Shown: one piece after another, positions 47,271 to 58,537 of the stretch | How positions within the stretch are numbered: position 1 is the first letter of the stretch | Layout: every line of letters begins with the position of its first letter | DNA from: Mayamaea pseudoterrestris | Lineage: Eukaryota | Length of the DNA stretch: 64,000 bases | Direction of reading: 5' to 3' | Assembly (NCBI GenBank): GCA_027923505.1 | Contig: BROI01000002.1 | Span: 558,001-622,000, forward strand | Notes under the pieces: model-generated | Seen by the model: only the letters and a program-made list of their open reading frames with translations | Databases searched by the model: none | Told to the model about the DNA's origin: nothing | Made by a program: the position numbers and the translations under genes

Positions 47271-48914
47271 ATGATTCATCCAAAGCGGACAAATTTGTCC
47301 ACCGACGACAAGTCATCCGACCAAGAAGAGCCGAACCATCAAATTCAGAATAGATCCGCTTCGCCCAGGATCCAAAGACGTTCCATTTATAGCATGATGG
47401 TCGGACGTCGTCGCGTTCCTGACAAGAAGATGAATTGTTGCACCAAGCCTCGCAAATGGACACTGTCATCCATTCTTGTATTGATGTTGGTTGTGGCATC
47501 AATCAGCACACTCTTAATCAATTCAGTATCAGTATTGATATTTTCGAAACAGATTATTGGCAATGACGCTCATCTACCGCTATCTATGGAAACAGTACGT
47601 CGACGAAAGGTGCATAACATTGCTTACAAAACCACTGCACAAAGCTCGCGAATGGTTTACTTGGAATCGTCGTTGCAATTTTATGAAGCCAAACAAGGTC
47701 GATTCATTGCCACCATGTTTCCTGTGGAACCAGTCGCCAACATGACCAACTCATCCAACTTTTTGAATGTATCCGACGCAATCGATTTTGAACTGAACAT
47801 GACTGCTCCCGACACAATCTTGTCAAGGGACGAAGTGACAGCCGACAACACACAAGACCAATTTAGCTACTTGGATCGCTGCCTGCCAAAAGCTGACTGG
47901 CAGACCGCTAGCTTTATCAATTGCAACGCCTTTCACGAATTAAACATGGCGCACTCGTCACTGGAGAATCGTCGACGCGGCGAGGAGGAGCAACTATCAG
48001 TGCTTGGTGAAGGATGGTTTCGCACCGCCTGGCGACTGTATGCGCGCAACCAAACGACCGTGCTGAAAACGTTGCGGATCGAACGAGATTTTTTGCCAGA
48101 ATACTATGAGTTGCATCGTAGAGATGCAGTTGCCATGGAGCGATTGACGTGGTCGCCCTTTGTCGTTAACGTGTTTGGCTACTGTGGCAACTCGGCAATC
48201 AACGAGATTGCGGATTTTCCCTATCGCGATGTGAACGATTTGGAGCACTTTGATCGAAAGATGAGGTACCGCGAGCGTCATCCGCAGATTCAACGCATCA
48301 AGCTGCAATTGGCGGCAAGCATTGCGCAAGGCGTGGCTGACATTCATTCCATCGATGGGCCAGAAGTGGGTGTCAGCATGGTGCACTACGACTTGAATCC
48401 ACGCAACATTGCAATCTTTGCGCAGGGACGCCCAAAGATCAACGATTTTAATATTGCAGAGTTTCTACGCTATGATCCTGTCAATAATCGCACTTGTGGG
48501 TTTCCCAATCGCATGCGGCAGCCATGGTGGAGAGCCCCGGAGGAAGTCAATCTAACAGCCAACGTGGAGGTGAATGAAAAGACTGACATTTATTCACTTG
48601 GTGCTATTCTGTTTCATATTTTAACTACGCATTCTCCCCGCGGCAAAATGAAAAAGGAAATGATGGAGGATGTTCGGGCTGATGTGGTCCGAGGAGTTGC
48701 TCCAGTCTTGCCGCCGCCCTTTGACAACATGACGGATTCAGTGACAATGGCGTTCAAGAAGGCCATGGACCGATGCTTCGTGGTAGACCACAAGGAGCGC
48801 GCCACGGCCGATGAGATTGTTGACATTTTGTTTCAGGCGCTCATGAAGGTTTTGGGTGACGGTAGCAAGAAGTCAAAACGTCGATCAATTAAGCATACCG
48901 ATCGCACGAGATAG
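47271..48914 (+). CDS. Signal-anchored protein kinase (copy 2)
   Basis: Identical translation to copy 1. Confidence 0.83.
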   Translation: MIHPKRTNLSTDDKSSDQEEPNHQIQNRSASPRIQRRSIYSMMVGRRRVPDKKMNCCTKPRKWTLSSILVLMLVVASISTLLINSVSVLIFSKQIIGNDAHLPLSMETVRRRKVHNIAYKTTAQSSRMVYLESSLQFYEAKQGRFIATMFPVEPVANMTNSSNFLNVSDAIDFELNMTAPDTILSRDEVTADNTQDQFSYLDRCLPKADWQTASFINCNAFHELNMAHSSLENRRRGEEEQLSVLGEGWFRTAWRLYARNQTTVLKTLRIERDFLPEYYELHRRDAVAMERLTWSPFVVNVFGYCGNSAINEIADFPYRDVNDLEHFDRKMRYRERHPQIQRIKLQLAASIAQGVADIHSIDGPEVGVSMVHYDLNPRNIAIFAQGRPKINDFNIAEFLRYDPVNNRTCGFPNRMRQPWWRAPEEVNLTANVEVNEKTDIYSLGAILFHILTTHSPRGKMKKEMMEDVRADVVRGVAPVLPPPFDNMTDSVTMAFKKAMDRCFVVDHKERATADEIVDILFQALMKVLGDGSKKSKRRSIKHTDRTR

Positions 48915-48932
48915 CTGCTAAAACACCGCAGC

Positions 48933-50189
48933 TTACTCTTGAACATGGTGACTGCTGGTCTCACCGAGACGGCAGACTTCGCGCTCAATCTTTTGAACAA
49001 GCTCAGGCTTGGTTTCCCACGGCGACCGACTGTGATTCGACTCGTCCATACACTGCAGTAAAAGTACCGTCAAGCTATGAATAGTCTCCAGACGCAGCCA
49101 GGGATCAATGCTACCGAGATTGACTTGCATTTGCTGCGAGTATGTTCGCCAAATGATGTCTGCCTGTGTTCGATTTGCGCACACCTTTCGACCAAGCATT
49201 AGTAGTTCAAAGCGCGGGTCGGCAATGGCTGCTTCCTCCCAATCGAGAACGGATGCGACGATTGACTTCAAATTATTGCATCCGTTGATTATAATTTTGC
49301 TGAATAGAATGTTTTGTGGCTGGCAATCCATGTGCACCAACGTTGGCGCCAGGGATTCTATCGAGGAACTATCGGTTGTGAGTTCCATTATGCTTCGATC
49401 CAGCTTCATTAATGCGTTTACTAATGTAACATCTGCACATTGACAAGTCTGTAGTTGCTTTAGCGCTTGCTTGTGTAGAAGCAGCATTGTTTGAAATGTA
49501 TATATCGGCGGATATACATCCTCCGCGCCTCTGGGTCGTCTGTGAGGATTGTCGTTTTGAAGCCAGTCAATAGGCCTCTTCCTAAAGTAGCAATGTAATG
49601 GAATCACCACTTGATGCAATACAGTCAGTGCATAGTCTAACGCTTGATCAGCAGGAACCCGTCCCCATCGTGGATGTGTTTCATCAAATCCAAACTCTCT
49701 GCGGATGAACACCATGGATTCGCACCATGCATCGTCAAATGATTCGTCTTGAAACAATAGTGACTCCTTGCCAACATACTCAACCATCGCCCATGGGTGG
49801 CATGCATCGTTATCAAGTGATTCGTGTAGAATGTGAGGAATGTAGGGACGTCGCTGAGTATCCTTGCCATCGTTGAGTGCCAGTCGAGCGAGTCGGTATC
49901 CCATCAGTTCGTCTCGTGCAATTGCCTTCAGGTCGCTGCTGCCGCCGTGCCGATTCAAGTTCCACCATCGCGCAGATCCCTTCCAAATTCGGACAACAAT
50001 TCTATTTTTACCTCTTTGCAATGCTTGCTTCCAGTCGCCATTGTCGCTCGACAATGCAATTGACTGCGGCAGCTGTAGAATGAGCACCGTCTGCTGAGCC
50101 GATTTGGCCGTTTCAACGGAAATGAGTGGCTCTAGAAGCGACAGTTTCTTTTGAAGAAACGTTAGAGCCGATGAAGAGAGCTGGTCCAT
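48933..50189 (-). CDS. APH-like phosphotransferase (copy 2; N-to-H variant)
   Basis: As copy 1 except LNRHGG vs LNRNGG. Confidence 0.78.
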   Translation of the reverse strand: MDQLSSSALTFLQKKLSLLEPLISVETAKSAQQTVLILQLPQSIALSSDNGDWKQALQRGKNRIVVRIWKGSARWWNLNRHGGSSDLKAIARDELMGYRLARLALNDGKDTQRRPYIPHILHESLDNDACHPWAMVEYVGKESLLFQDESFDDAWCESMVFIRREFGFDETHPRWGRVPADQALDYALTVLHQVVIPLHCYFRKRPIDWLQNDNPHRRPRGAEDVYPPIYTFQTMLLLHKQALKQLQTCQCADVTLVNALMKLDRSIMELTTDSSSIESLAPTLVHMDCQPQNILFSKIIINGCNNLKSIVASVLDWEEAAIADPRFELLMLGRKVCANRTQADIIWRTYSQQMQVNLGSIDPWLRLETIHSLTVLLLQCMDESNHSRSPWETKPELVQKIEREVCRLGETSSHHVQE

Positions 50190-50567
50190 CTTTGTATACT
50201 TCTGCAGCCGGCCATGCATCAATGGTGCGCGATGGCAATAATGGACGATGAAAAACATCCGATGTCTCACCGGTGAAGTTGAGAACCAGTACGACGCTTC
50301 CACACGACTGCACGAAAGTCCGTTTCTGCGCATGAGCGATGGATTCCGTAACTAAAATACGAGCGATCTAATGCATCAAAGCTAGACACAAAACATGATC
50401 GCCCTATAGAAACGGTGCAAGTGGGATCGCTCAACGCTCGCCACGATTCCATGCTCCGAAACGTTTCGTTATCGATGGGGCGGCTCACAAATCGCGGTTG
50501 CCTGCCGATCCACTCACACACATCTCCACGCTGCGCGCTCCAAGACACACACACACACTAACATACC

Positions 50568-50999
50568 ATGAAGTTTGACACCAAGACGCTCAAGCCCATG
50601 CCTGTCTCTCCGGAACACTGCTTCGTCCGTCCGAACAAGTTTGTTCCGCCAGTCGATCATGAAACCAAGGACGACGACGGCGACCAGGGCCGCCAGGTTT
50701 ACTACGAGGCAACCATTGTCTACACGCCCGTCTACGCTTCGACTCGCATTCACCAGGATCAAGTCAGCAGTGGTCGCAAGAAGCTTTTGGAGGATTTGGA
50801 CATGGAGAGTCTCAACCAAAAGCTGGAAGGCTTGTTTATTGGCGGCGGCGACGACGACAAGGAGGCAGGCGTCGTCAAGAAAAGGGAATCAAAGAAGGAC
50901 AATGTCAAGACGGAAATGACCAAGAAGGAGGGACTCGGTCGATCCGCCAAGGCGGGACATGACAAGACGGCGATGCGCAGTCGACGCGCACTCAAGTGA
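50568..50999 (+). CDS. Small hypothetical protein (copy 2)
   Basis: Identical translation to copy 1. Confidence 0.58.
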   Translation: MKFDTKTLKPMPVSPEHCFVRPNKFVPPVDHETKDDDGDQGRQVYYEATIVYTPVYASTRIHQDQVSSGRKKLLEDLDMESLNQKLEGLFIGGGDDDKEAGVVKKRESKKDNVKTEMTKKEGLGRSAKAGHDKTAMRSRRALK

Positions 51000-51330
51000 A
51001 TGATGTGAATGGATTCGGAAGGACGAAAATGAGGATTTATAGATGGTAGAACAAAAAGAGGCGGTACGACTCAGTAAGAAATCGACAATTGTAACTACTC
51101 TGTGCGTATAGCTCTAGTTCGTCTGCATGATTAGTAGCAGTTGACTTGGAGATTGTCGGATAGCATTGGAGCTTCCCTCCTCACGACCAACGAGCGAACC
51201 ACGTCTCGCGCGTCATAGCGCGCGCCGCGGCGCGCCACCAAAGAACATGAGCAAGACCGAGCAACGTCGCCCTACTTGCTTTCACAAAGTGCTGTCCTCC
51301 TCCCGTACTCCTTTCATAGAACTCTCCAGC

Positions 51331-54300
51331 ATGAGCTCCTCCTTGTCTTCTGTAGACAAGCATTCATTGTCAGTCAACGATGACGACACGACTGCAAAGG
51401 CATCCGCTCCTTTGGACCAGCCGCTCAGCGCTTCTTCATCGCAGCAACCATCATCGACGGATCATTATCATTTAGATTTCATCGCCAGCAGCCATGCCGT
51501 CAAAAGCTTGTTCTCCTTGGGAGTCATTGACGATCAAAGCATTAGCGTTGCCATTCACAACGTTGATGGAGCGCTCGTATTGGATCACGCGCATGTTGCC
51601 GCGGAAGGAGCCGTCGTTGAAGCAGCAGCAGCTCAAGGAATTAGCGACAGCAGCAGTCACGAAAATACTCGTTTGGGAGCCTTGGAGGCAGACAAGGAGC
51701 GACAAGTATCATTGTCGCAGGATATCATTGCTCTTCCTGCTGGACTGGGCGAGATGAAGGAGACGGAAGCGCTCGCGCTGATTCTTGCGAATCCGCCGCA
51801 GAATTCCGTCTCAAACATCACCTCGCATGACAGTCATAGCGACAACAATTCCAAGCTCGGACTACCCGTACCTGACGATTATATACAACGATTCTTGCCG
51901 CAGCAATCTCCCGAACCACGAGAATATTTGCCTTGGAAATTCAAGGACATTCAGTTGCTCATTGGCTCGAATGCGACCGTCTATCGAGCAAGCAGCAGCA
52001 GCACTACTGCGAATGCAGCTAACGTAGCGGAGCATTCGACAGCCATTACAGTTCGCATTGAACAAACGAGAGACCTGCAGTCTCTCTTGGAGCGATATGA
52101 ACAAGACAAGCTGTTTGCGCTGCAAAACAAGCCTTCATATGCACAAGTGGCCGCAGCAAAGGCAATCAGACAGCGACAACAAATAAACAAGCCGCTCACC
52201 AGCGATTTGCATCAACTGGCCGACGATGAGCAAGGTCTTCAGTCTTGTATTGTGGCAGCTCCATCTTGTCCTGTAGGTGGACTATTGTCGTCTCGAGGCG
52301 GCCTCATTTCATCGCCGCAGCACCACCAAGCGGACGCATCAACAAATCCTGCTTCGTCGCCAACTTCGCCCGTTTCCACCGTTTTGGACATTTATCTTGA
52401 TAATATAATGGCTAATGTACCGCAGCTGGCATTGTGTTTACAGGACAAGGGTTTGATTCAGTCGGTGAAGCTGCTGTCGACGGATGACATTCCATCGTCG
52501 CTGATGCATCCCGATACTCTCGAAACATCGACTCCATTTTCAATTGTTCACAAGGCCGACGGAAAGCAAGTTTTTAGCCCCGAAGTCATGGAGACGAATG
52601 CATCCATGTTGCTTCGATTCCTGCAAGCCAACTGCACCAAGAATAACACGACATATCTGCTACGACGGGAGCATGGCGAAACAAACATTCAACTATACGA
52701 TATATCCACCCTTTCCGGTCGAGGACAAAAGCGCTGGGTGTTTTGGCTCGCCATGATGTCTTATCGCTTTGCCAATCGTTTGCGCCACGTTGCCATGAAC
52801 CACGCCGTCGACGATCCGGCCTTGAAGCGAGCTTGGCGTGCGCGGCAGCGAAGTTTGTTGCGAAACACGTTGGAGTTGCTGGAAAAGTTGACGGATATGG
52901 ATGGTAATCAGCGCGAGAGTTTGGCAGCTGCGGTTCATGAGCATTTGGCGGATAGCATGCTGGGTCTGGAGGATAGTGAAGGGCCTGCTGGTTGCTTTGG
53001 TGAGGGCGACGAGGAAGCGCTTCCCTCGTCAGGCAAATCCGTACCTACATCGCCGACACCTTGTGTATCCATGATACAGCAGCCGTACGCTAACATCTCG
53101 GTTGATGCTTTGGGCAAGGCTCAGGATCATTTGGCGAAGGGCATCAAGGTACTTATGCCGGTTTTGGAAGCTGATGCGAAACTGCATAACGCTAAGACTA
53201 AGAAGGGAGCTGTAGATGCAGAATTTCGCCGGCGTATTGAACCAGTCGCGACTCAGCTCTTTGCCTTGCACTACAAGTTTGTGAATGTGTCGCTTCGTCT
53301 TGCTGAAATTCATTTAAGTAATTACTTTTCGTCGAGCGCCATGCAGGCTTTGCGGACTTCCGCTCGGTGCATGGCAGATTCACTATATCTGGTCCATCTT
53401 TTAGATCGAGACTCGGACAAGAGAGTATATGCCTGGATGCAAAGAATTCAGCTCCAGTATACATGGCTGTGGGAACACAGCGGCCACTTCGCGCGATCAT
53501 TTGCAGCGGACGAACTATGGCGAGAGCGTGGCCATGCTTCTGGCGACGATGTAATCAGTGTACTTCAGGATGTTGACAATGCATTTCGCGAGCATGCATC
53601 ACTAGATTTGAGCGATTCATTTATACGGAAGACTTTTATCGAGCCGGAGAATCCGCTTACAATGCAGTCGAATGGCGTCATTAATCTTAATTCGTTAAAT
53701 GGTATTGTCGACTTCTTTGCACCAATTGGGAAGCGGAAGGTTCAAAAAACACAACGCAACGCCTCCGACAGAGAAGTTGCTGAAAAAGTCTTGGCGAAGC
53801 GGAGGGTTATTGTCCGCGATCAAAGAAAAGTTTTGATCGCTGCATCCCTTGCTTACAGTCGATCAATCAAATCGTTTCGCGATTTACTAGCAGAGGAAGC
53901 GTTTGACGACACACTCCCATCAGAGAATGATACCGCGTTGATAGCTTTGCTCGATCAGAGGCTTGGTGATTCTTGCAATGAGACTGGGAAGATTCTGTTG
54001 AATGAACTTAGACGACTCCTTCAGTCAGCGAGTGCTCGCCCCAACGATGCTGCGCCTACAGGAGCCGTCGAGTACATGCTCTCGTCCGCTCAGTTTTGGT
54101 TTTTCCAAGCCCTTGAAGTATTCGAACGTTGCAGAGATCTACGAAACTTGGCGTTGCTTCGTTGCAACCTCTGTCAGGCGTACAAGCTTCAGGCTAATGC
54201 AGTTTTTTCGTCCACGACCCCGAAACCCCCGGACGGCCACACCCATGCTGATATCTGCTTGCAGGAGGCCATCCATCACCTTGAAGCTGCTCATGAGGCC

Positions 54301-55113
54301 CTGGGCGAGCGTGACCTGGATCCGAAAACATGGAACTTTGTCAGCGAGGAGATGGCTGCAACGTTTCTGGTACTTGGGGTTCGACGGCGCCAATCCTTTA
54401 TTGGATCTGGATCGGTGCCTGTCCTTATGCAGGCTTTACGACTTTCTCCGGGAAAGGAGCAGTCGATTGTTGAGCCAATAGAGAGAGCGCGACAAATCTA
54501 TGAGCAGCTTGGGAACCATCATCAGGCTGCAGCAGCGCACTACCAGCTCGCGTTGTACTTTAGTAAAATATGGACCTGCCAACTTAACGAGGTTAAGACG
54601 CGAGAAAAGCTCACGCTCGCGTTCCAGCATTTTAATGCTGCGTATGGGTACTTTTTAAAAGCAATTCGTGGGAATGAGATTACATTTTGTTTGCTGTGCA
54701 TCGACTCATCGGGATTGTACGCGGCCGTTCCAGGGCTAGAGAGCACTTGCAAGGCACTTCTACGTTGTCTAGACACTGCTGATGCGCTTTCTAAAAACGT
54801 TGTAGAAACGAAATTGAAAGATGTGCAAGGCCGTGCCGACTGGTTTAGGCAAATGGATGTAATTACCACGGCTATTGACGAACGCGTATTCAAAGCGTTG
54901 CGCAGTTTGGTGAAAATTGAAAATGAAGCTGCTGGTGACGGTAACGATCGGTACAAGTCATTGTATCGAATAGCCTTGCAAGCCAAAATGCGCCCCGCTC
55001 CTTCTGAAGTTTACTGCGGGGACGAATTTATTGACAGTGTTGCTAACCGACTCCACGCAATGCACTCCCTGCTCAAGGAAACTGCTACTCATTACAAAGA
55101 AAAATGCGTTTGA
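51331..55113 (+). CDS. EDRF1-like protein (copy 2)
   Basis: Identical translation to copy 1. Confidence 0.73.
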   Translation: MSSSLSSVDKHSLSVNDDDTTAKASAPLDQPLSASSSQQPSSTDHYHLDFIASSHAVKSLFSLGVIDDQSISVAIHNVDGALVLDHAHVAAEGAVVEAAAAQGISDSSSHENTRLGALEADKERQVSLSQDIIALPAGLGEMKETEALALILANPPQNSVSNITSHDSHSDNNSKLGLPVPDDYIQRFLPQQSPEPREYLPWKFKDIQLLIGSNATVYRASSSSTTANAANVAEHSTAITVRIEQTRDLQSLLERYEQDKLFALQNKPSYAQVAAAKAIRQRQQINKPLTSDLHQLADDEQGLQSCIVAAPSCPVGGLLSSRGGLISSPQHHQADASTNPASSPTSPVSTVLDIYLDNIMANVPQLALCLQDKGLIQSVKLLSTDDIPSSLMHPDTLETSTPFSIVHKADGKQVFSPEVMETNASMLLRFLQANCTKNNTTYLLRREHGETNIQLYDISTLSGRGQKRWVFWLAMMSYRFANRLRHVAMNHAVDDPALKRAWRARQRSLLRNTLELLEKLTDMDGNQRESLAAAVHEHLADSMLGLEDSEGPAGCFGEGDEEALPSSGKSVPTSPTPCVSMIQQPYANISVDALGKAQDHLAKGIKVLMPVLEADAKLHNAKTKKGAVDAEFRRRIEPVATQLFALHYKFVNVSLRLAEIHLSNYFSSSAMQALRTSARCMADSLYLVHLLDRDSDKRVYAWMQRIQLQYTWLWEHSGHFARSFAADELWRERGHASGDDVISVLQDVDNAFREHASLDLSDSFIRKTFIEPENPLTMQSNGVINLNSLNGIVDFFAPIGKRKVQKTQRNASDREVAEKVLAKRRVIVRDQRKVLIAASLAYSRSIKSFRDLLAEEAFDDTLPSENDTALIALLDQRLGDSCNETGKILLNELRRLLQSASARPNDAAPTGAVEYMLSSAQFWFFQALEVFERCRDLRNLALLRCNLCQAYKLQANAVFSSTTPKPPDGHTHADICLQEAIHHLEAAHEALGERDLDPKTWNFVSEEMAATFLVLGVRRRQSFIGSGSVPVLMQALRLSPGKEQSIVEPIERARQIYEQLGNHHQAAAAHYQLALYFSKIWTCQLNEVKTREKLTLAFQHFNAAYGYFLKAIRGNEITFCLLCIDSSGLYAAVPGLESTCKALLRCLDTADALSKNVVETKLKDVQGRADWFRQMDVITTAIDERVFKALRSLVKIENEAAGDGNDRYKSLYRIALQAKMRPAPSEVYCGDEFIDSVANRLHAMHSLLKETATHYKEKCV

Positions 55114-55147
55114 AAATTGTGATAATTTAATATTTCATTTACTTGTG

Positions 55148-56660
55148 TCACTCCTCCGGAAACAAAGGTAGCCTGCTCTTTTCGATACCAGATTCGACAA
55201 AACCCTGCTCCTTGAGCATAGTGATAGTATCTCGCAGTCGCATTCCTTCATCATGATTCATTCGTTGTAGCGACACTGTAATATGACTAGCCAATGCCTT
55301 CAAAATTTGAACATCATTGTTCGTAAAACCACCCTGCGTCTTGGAAATTGGATCAACGGCATCAAGATTACCCTTGCGCTTATCCGTCTTGTTGATTGCT
55401 TGAATGACGGCAATCGCTCGACCTTGTGAATCCAATACTGGCACGCACACCATGTTGCGAATCTGCTGGTCATGCGGAAGCGACTCGTTTTGCTTGCCGG
55501 CTTCTGCCGCAAAGTCTGGTTCGTTTCGTACGTCATAAAAGTTAAAGCACTCGCCTGTCAATACCGCGCGCGACGCAATGTTGCGGCCAAGTGGTATAAA
55601 GCTTCCAGACTTGAGCGACTTTTTGGATGTTTCGTCGTACTTGGCGTATAAATACTTTCCATCTGGCGTTGGAATGGGAGTGCCCAGCTTGTCGTCCTTT
55701 TGCACGACGAGAAAGAGCGACGTCCGCTGCGCCCCAATCAAACTACCCGCCTCATTAATAACGTCGTTGAATATTTCATCCAAGTGTGCTTCTCGTTTCC
55801 GTGCTTGAATCTTGTTCGAGTCGATGAATAAAAGTGGAAACATGCCTATTAATGAATGAAAAGCCAGAGACAAGTAAGCTTGACGCTCGCAAAAATAGAA
55901 AACAGACTACACCATAACATTTGTACGTTACCAATCAAACAGCCAATGGTCATTCCAATGGCGCAACCAAACTGGTTGGCAAACCTCACCGACCGCAGCT
56001 GTCGCTGGGCCGTGGTGAGATTGGGCTTTGGAAGGTTCACGTGCTTGGCCAAAAAGTCTTCCACGACGGTTCCAAACATGACTCCGGCAACGTCACTGAC
56101 AATGTTTCCCTGGAGCATCAATAATAGATAAATATTGTTGAGTAAACCTGTTTCATTCCGTCCACATTCTCGTCACTCATTATACGCACCAGCGCTGCCG
56201 CGCACATTGTCGAAATGCCCAGCAGTACACCAAAGGACGTGTCAATGGCATCACCCGCAATGATCAACAAGGCATTATCCATGATTCCAAAGGCAATAAA
56301 GGGAATGCACGTGGCAATGGCAACCGCTCTCAAGTCTTGCTTGGTTGGTTCAGGAATTATTAATTGTGCGTCATTGCCTGATTTGGAGGCTGCTTCGCGT
56401 ACGTGGCGAATGGCACCATGTAGCTGCTGGCGGCCTGACGGTGACAAGTGATTGACTAGTGATTCGAAACCAAGTCCTTGCTCGCTAAGTTCAGTCAATT
56501 GTCGCGATAGATTGGAAGCATTGACTGGTTTATTGCTCGATGAGGCTGCTGCTTCTGCTGCATCGGACAGTGAGCGAGTGCTTGGCTTACAGTGTAACCT
56601 TTGCGTCACTGAAATTATTGGTCGACATATTTTCTGCGACCGTATCATATTAATCTGCAT
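55148..56660 (-). CDS. TMEM65-GAF fusion (copy 2)
   Basis: Identical exon translations to copy 1. Confidence 0.83.
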
Positions 56661-56888
56661 TGGATTCTATATACCAGAGATTAATGGGCCGCAGTAGCAG
56701 CAGGGGCAAAAGATTGGACGGACGAAAGGTATGATGGTGTCATGGTCGATTGAATGGATTGTCACGCATCGTAGCGGTACTCAGTCTTGTCTTGCGTTTG
56801 TTCTTTGGCAGTGTGCGTACGACATTCTCACATATCATCATCATTCCACAAAGTCTTCCGTACGACCTTAACAGAAATCATCAACAGC

Positions 56889-57666
56889 ATGGGTTCCTTC
56901 ATGTTTGCCCTTTACTGCATAGGGAGTTTTCTGCTCATGGTGATTTTGGCGTGTGTCATGTGCGGCTGTCCGATACTGGCGTTCGTACTCGGCGCACCTT
57001 TCGAACAAACCGTGAGTGTCAATGAACGACAACGGATGGAACAAAGTAATTTGGCCGAATGGATCATTCGTCTCATGCGAGATCCAGATACTTTGGAGGA
57101 TCGTCGTCGTCGTAGGCAGACGTCAACCACGGATGTTGAGCAACCGCAGTCTCTACAAGAAAAGACTGACGAGTACTCGAGTAAGACGCTGCAGCTGCTG
57201 GAATCTAGACGAATGGTACGTGACAAGACTTATAAGATTCATGTGTTTTGCGTATATGGAATCATCTGGGTTCAGAGGTCTGACATTGTTGCTTGTATAT
57301 GCGCAGACACTACGAGAAAAACATTTCGTCCACTATCCCACGACGGAAGCCGTCACAGTCGAGGTGAGCTTCGGTGACGACCCAGCGACCAGCAGCAACG
57401 ACAGTACCATGGTTCGCGTTCCGGCTGCTGGCTCGCATGTAAATTGTGACAATGATCAACCATATCGACTGGCGGAGGCAACCTGCGCCATATGCTTGAT
57501 CGCCTACGAGACTGGCTCGCAGGTTGGTTGGTCATCCAACATCGCGTGTGAGCATGTCTTTCATTACGATTGCTTCAAATTGTGGTTGGCGCGGCCCGAA
57601 GGAAAGTCTTGTCCATGTTGCCGACGGGAGTTTCTTGTCGGCGAAACTGTTGATTTGAAAGGGTGA
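56889..57666 (+). CDS. Transmembrane RING-H2 E3 ligase (copy 2)
   Basis: Identical exon translations to copy 1. Confidence 0.83.
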
Positions 57667-58297
57667 AAGTCAAAAGGAAGACCTTTTTGGCCACTGCCAA
57701 TCTTTGTCACACCAATGGTGACCAAGGCACGTAGCGAAAGTGATGCAGGCAGAAGCAAGCTTGATATTTGGATGGCTGTACTCTCTATGAAAAAACATTC
57801 AACTGCAGCCAAACGTGCTAGAAAAACTGCTTGGAAACGAGGCCAAAAGACCGCCTGTCGGCAAGTTTAAGAGCATGAGCTAGGAGTCTGTAGCAAGTCA
57901 CACTTGAAAGCGCATGTTCCAATAGTCTGTAGCAAGTCGCTACCATGCTTCCAGATGAAACGCGACATTCATGGGGGACTCGGAACGGCTCATTCATGGC
58001 CCGAGAAAGGCGACAGCATCTCGATCTTAATTGTCCCCCAAACAATCGTTTTATTTATTAAAATATGTATGTCACTACAACGAAGTGATTAAAGACCTTA
58101 TCTTTTTTTCGCTAGGGTCTATTAAACACATGAACATATTCGCAGGGTGGGGAGGTGGTATCGGTAGGATCAATGGTACCACAAAGCCTGCAAACAAACA
58201 CCTCCAGTAGACAATATAGAAATTGACACAGGCCCTTCAAAGCAAACCATTTTGATGGGTTGATGCCAACGATTCTCGTCTATACGGAACAAGACTA

Positions 58298-58537
58298 TGC
58301 CATAGACATGCGCATAGTCTCAAATGGTGCAGAAAGGACTGCCTGGAGGCCCACACCATGGAATCTATACAGTGCCAAGACCCCAAGTTGTGGATGCATA
58401 CCACCAGGATGCCCCATGCCCTAGCCACTCACAACGACCCAATGAGTGTCAGGCAAAACTATCCAGAGTGTGCCATTGGCATGTGCATAGTCTCCAATGG
58501 TGCAAAAAGGACTGCCTGGAGGTCTACACCCTGGAAT
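58298..58537. repeat. Two imperfect ~67-bp direct repeats, 173 bp apart, at the satellite border
   Basis: TGCCAT..CATG.GCATAGTCTC.AATGGTGCA.AAAGGACTGCCTGGAGG at 58298 and 58471. Confidence 0.8.

Larger units (their letters stand above)
46909..58289. repeat. Tandem segmental duplication, copy 2 (11,381 bp)
   Basis: Same ends as copy 1; one difference noticed (T38568 vs G49949). Confidence 0.97.
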
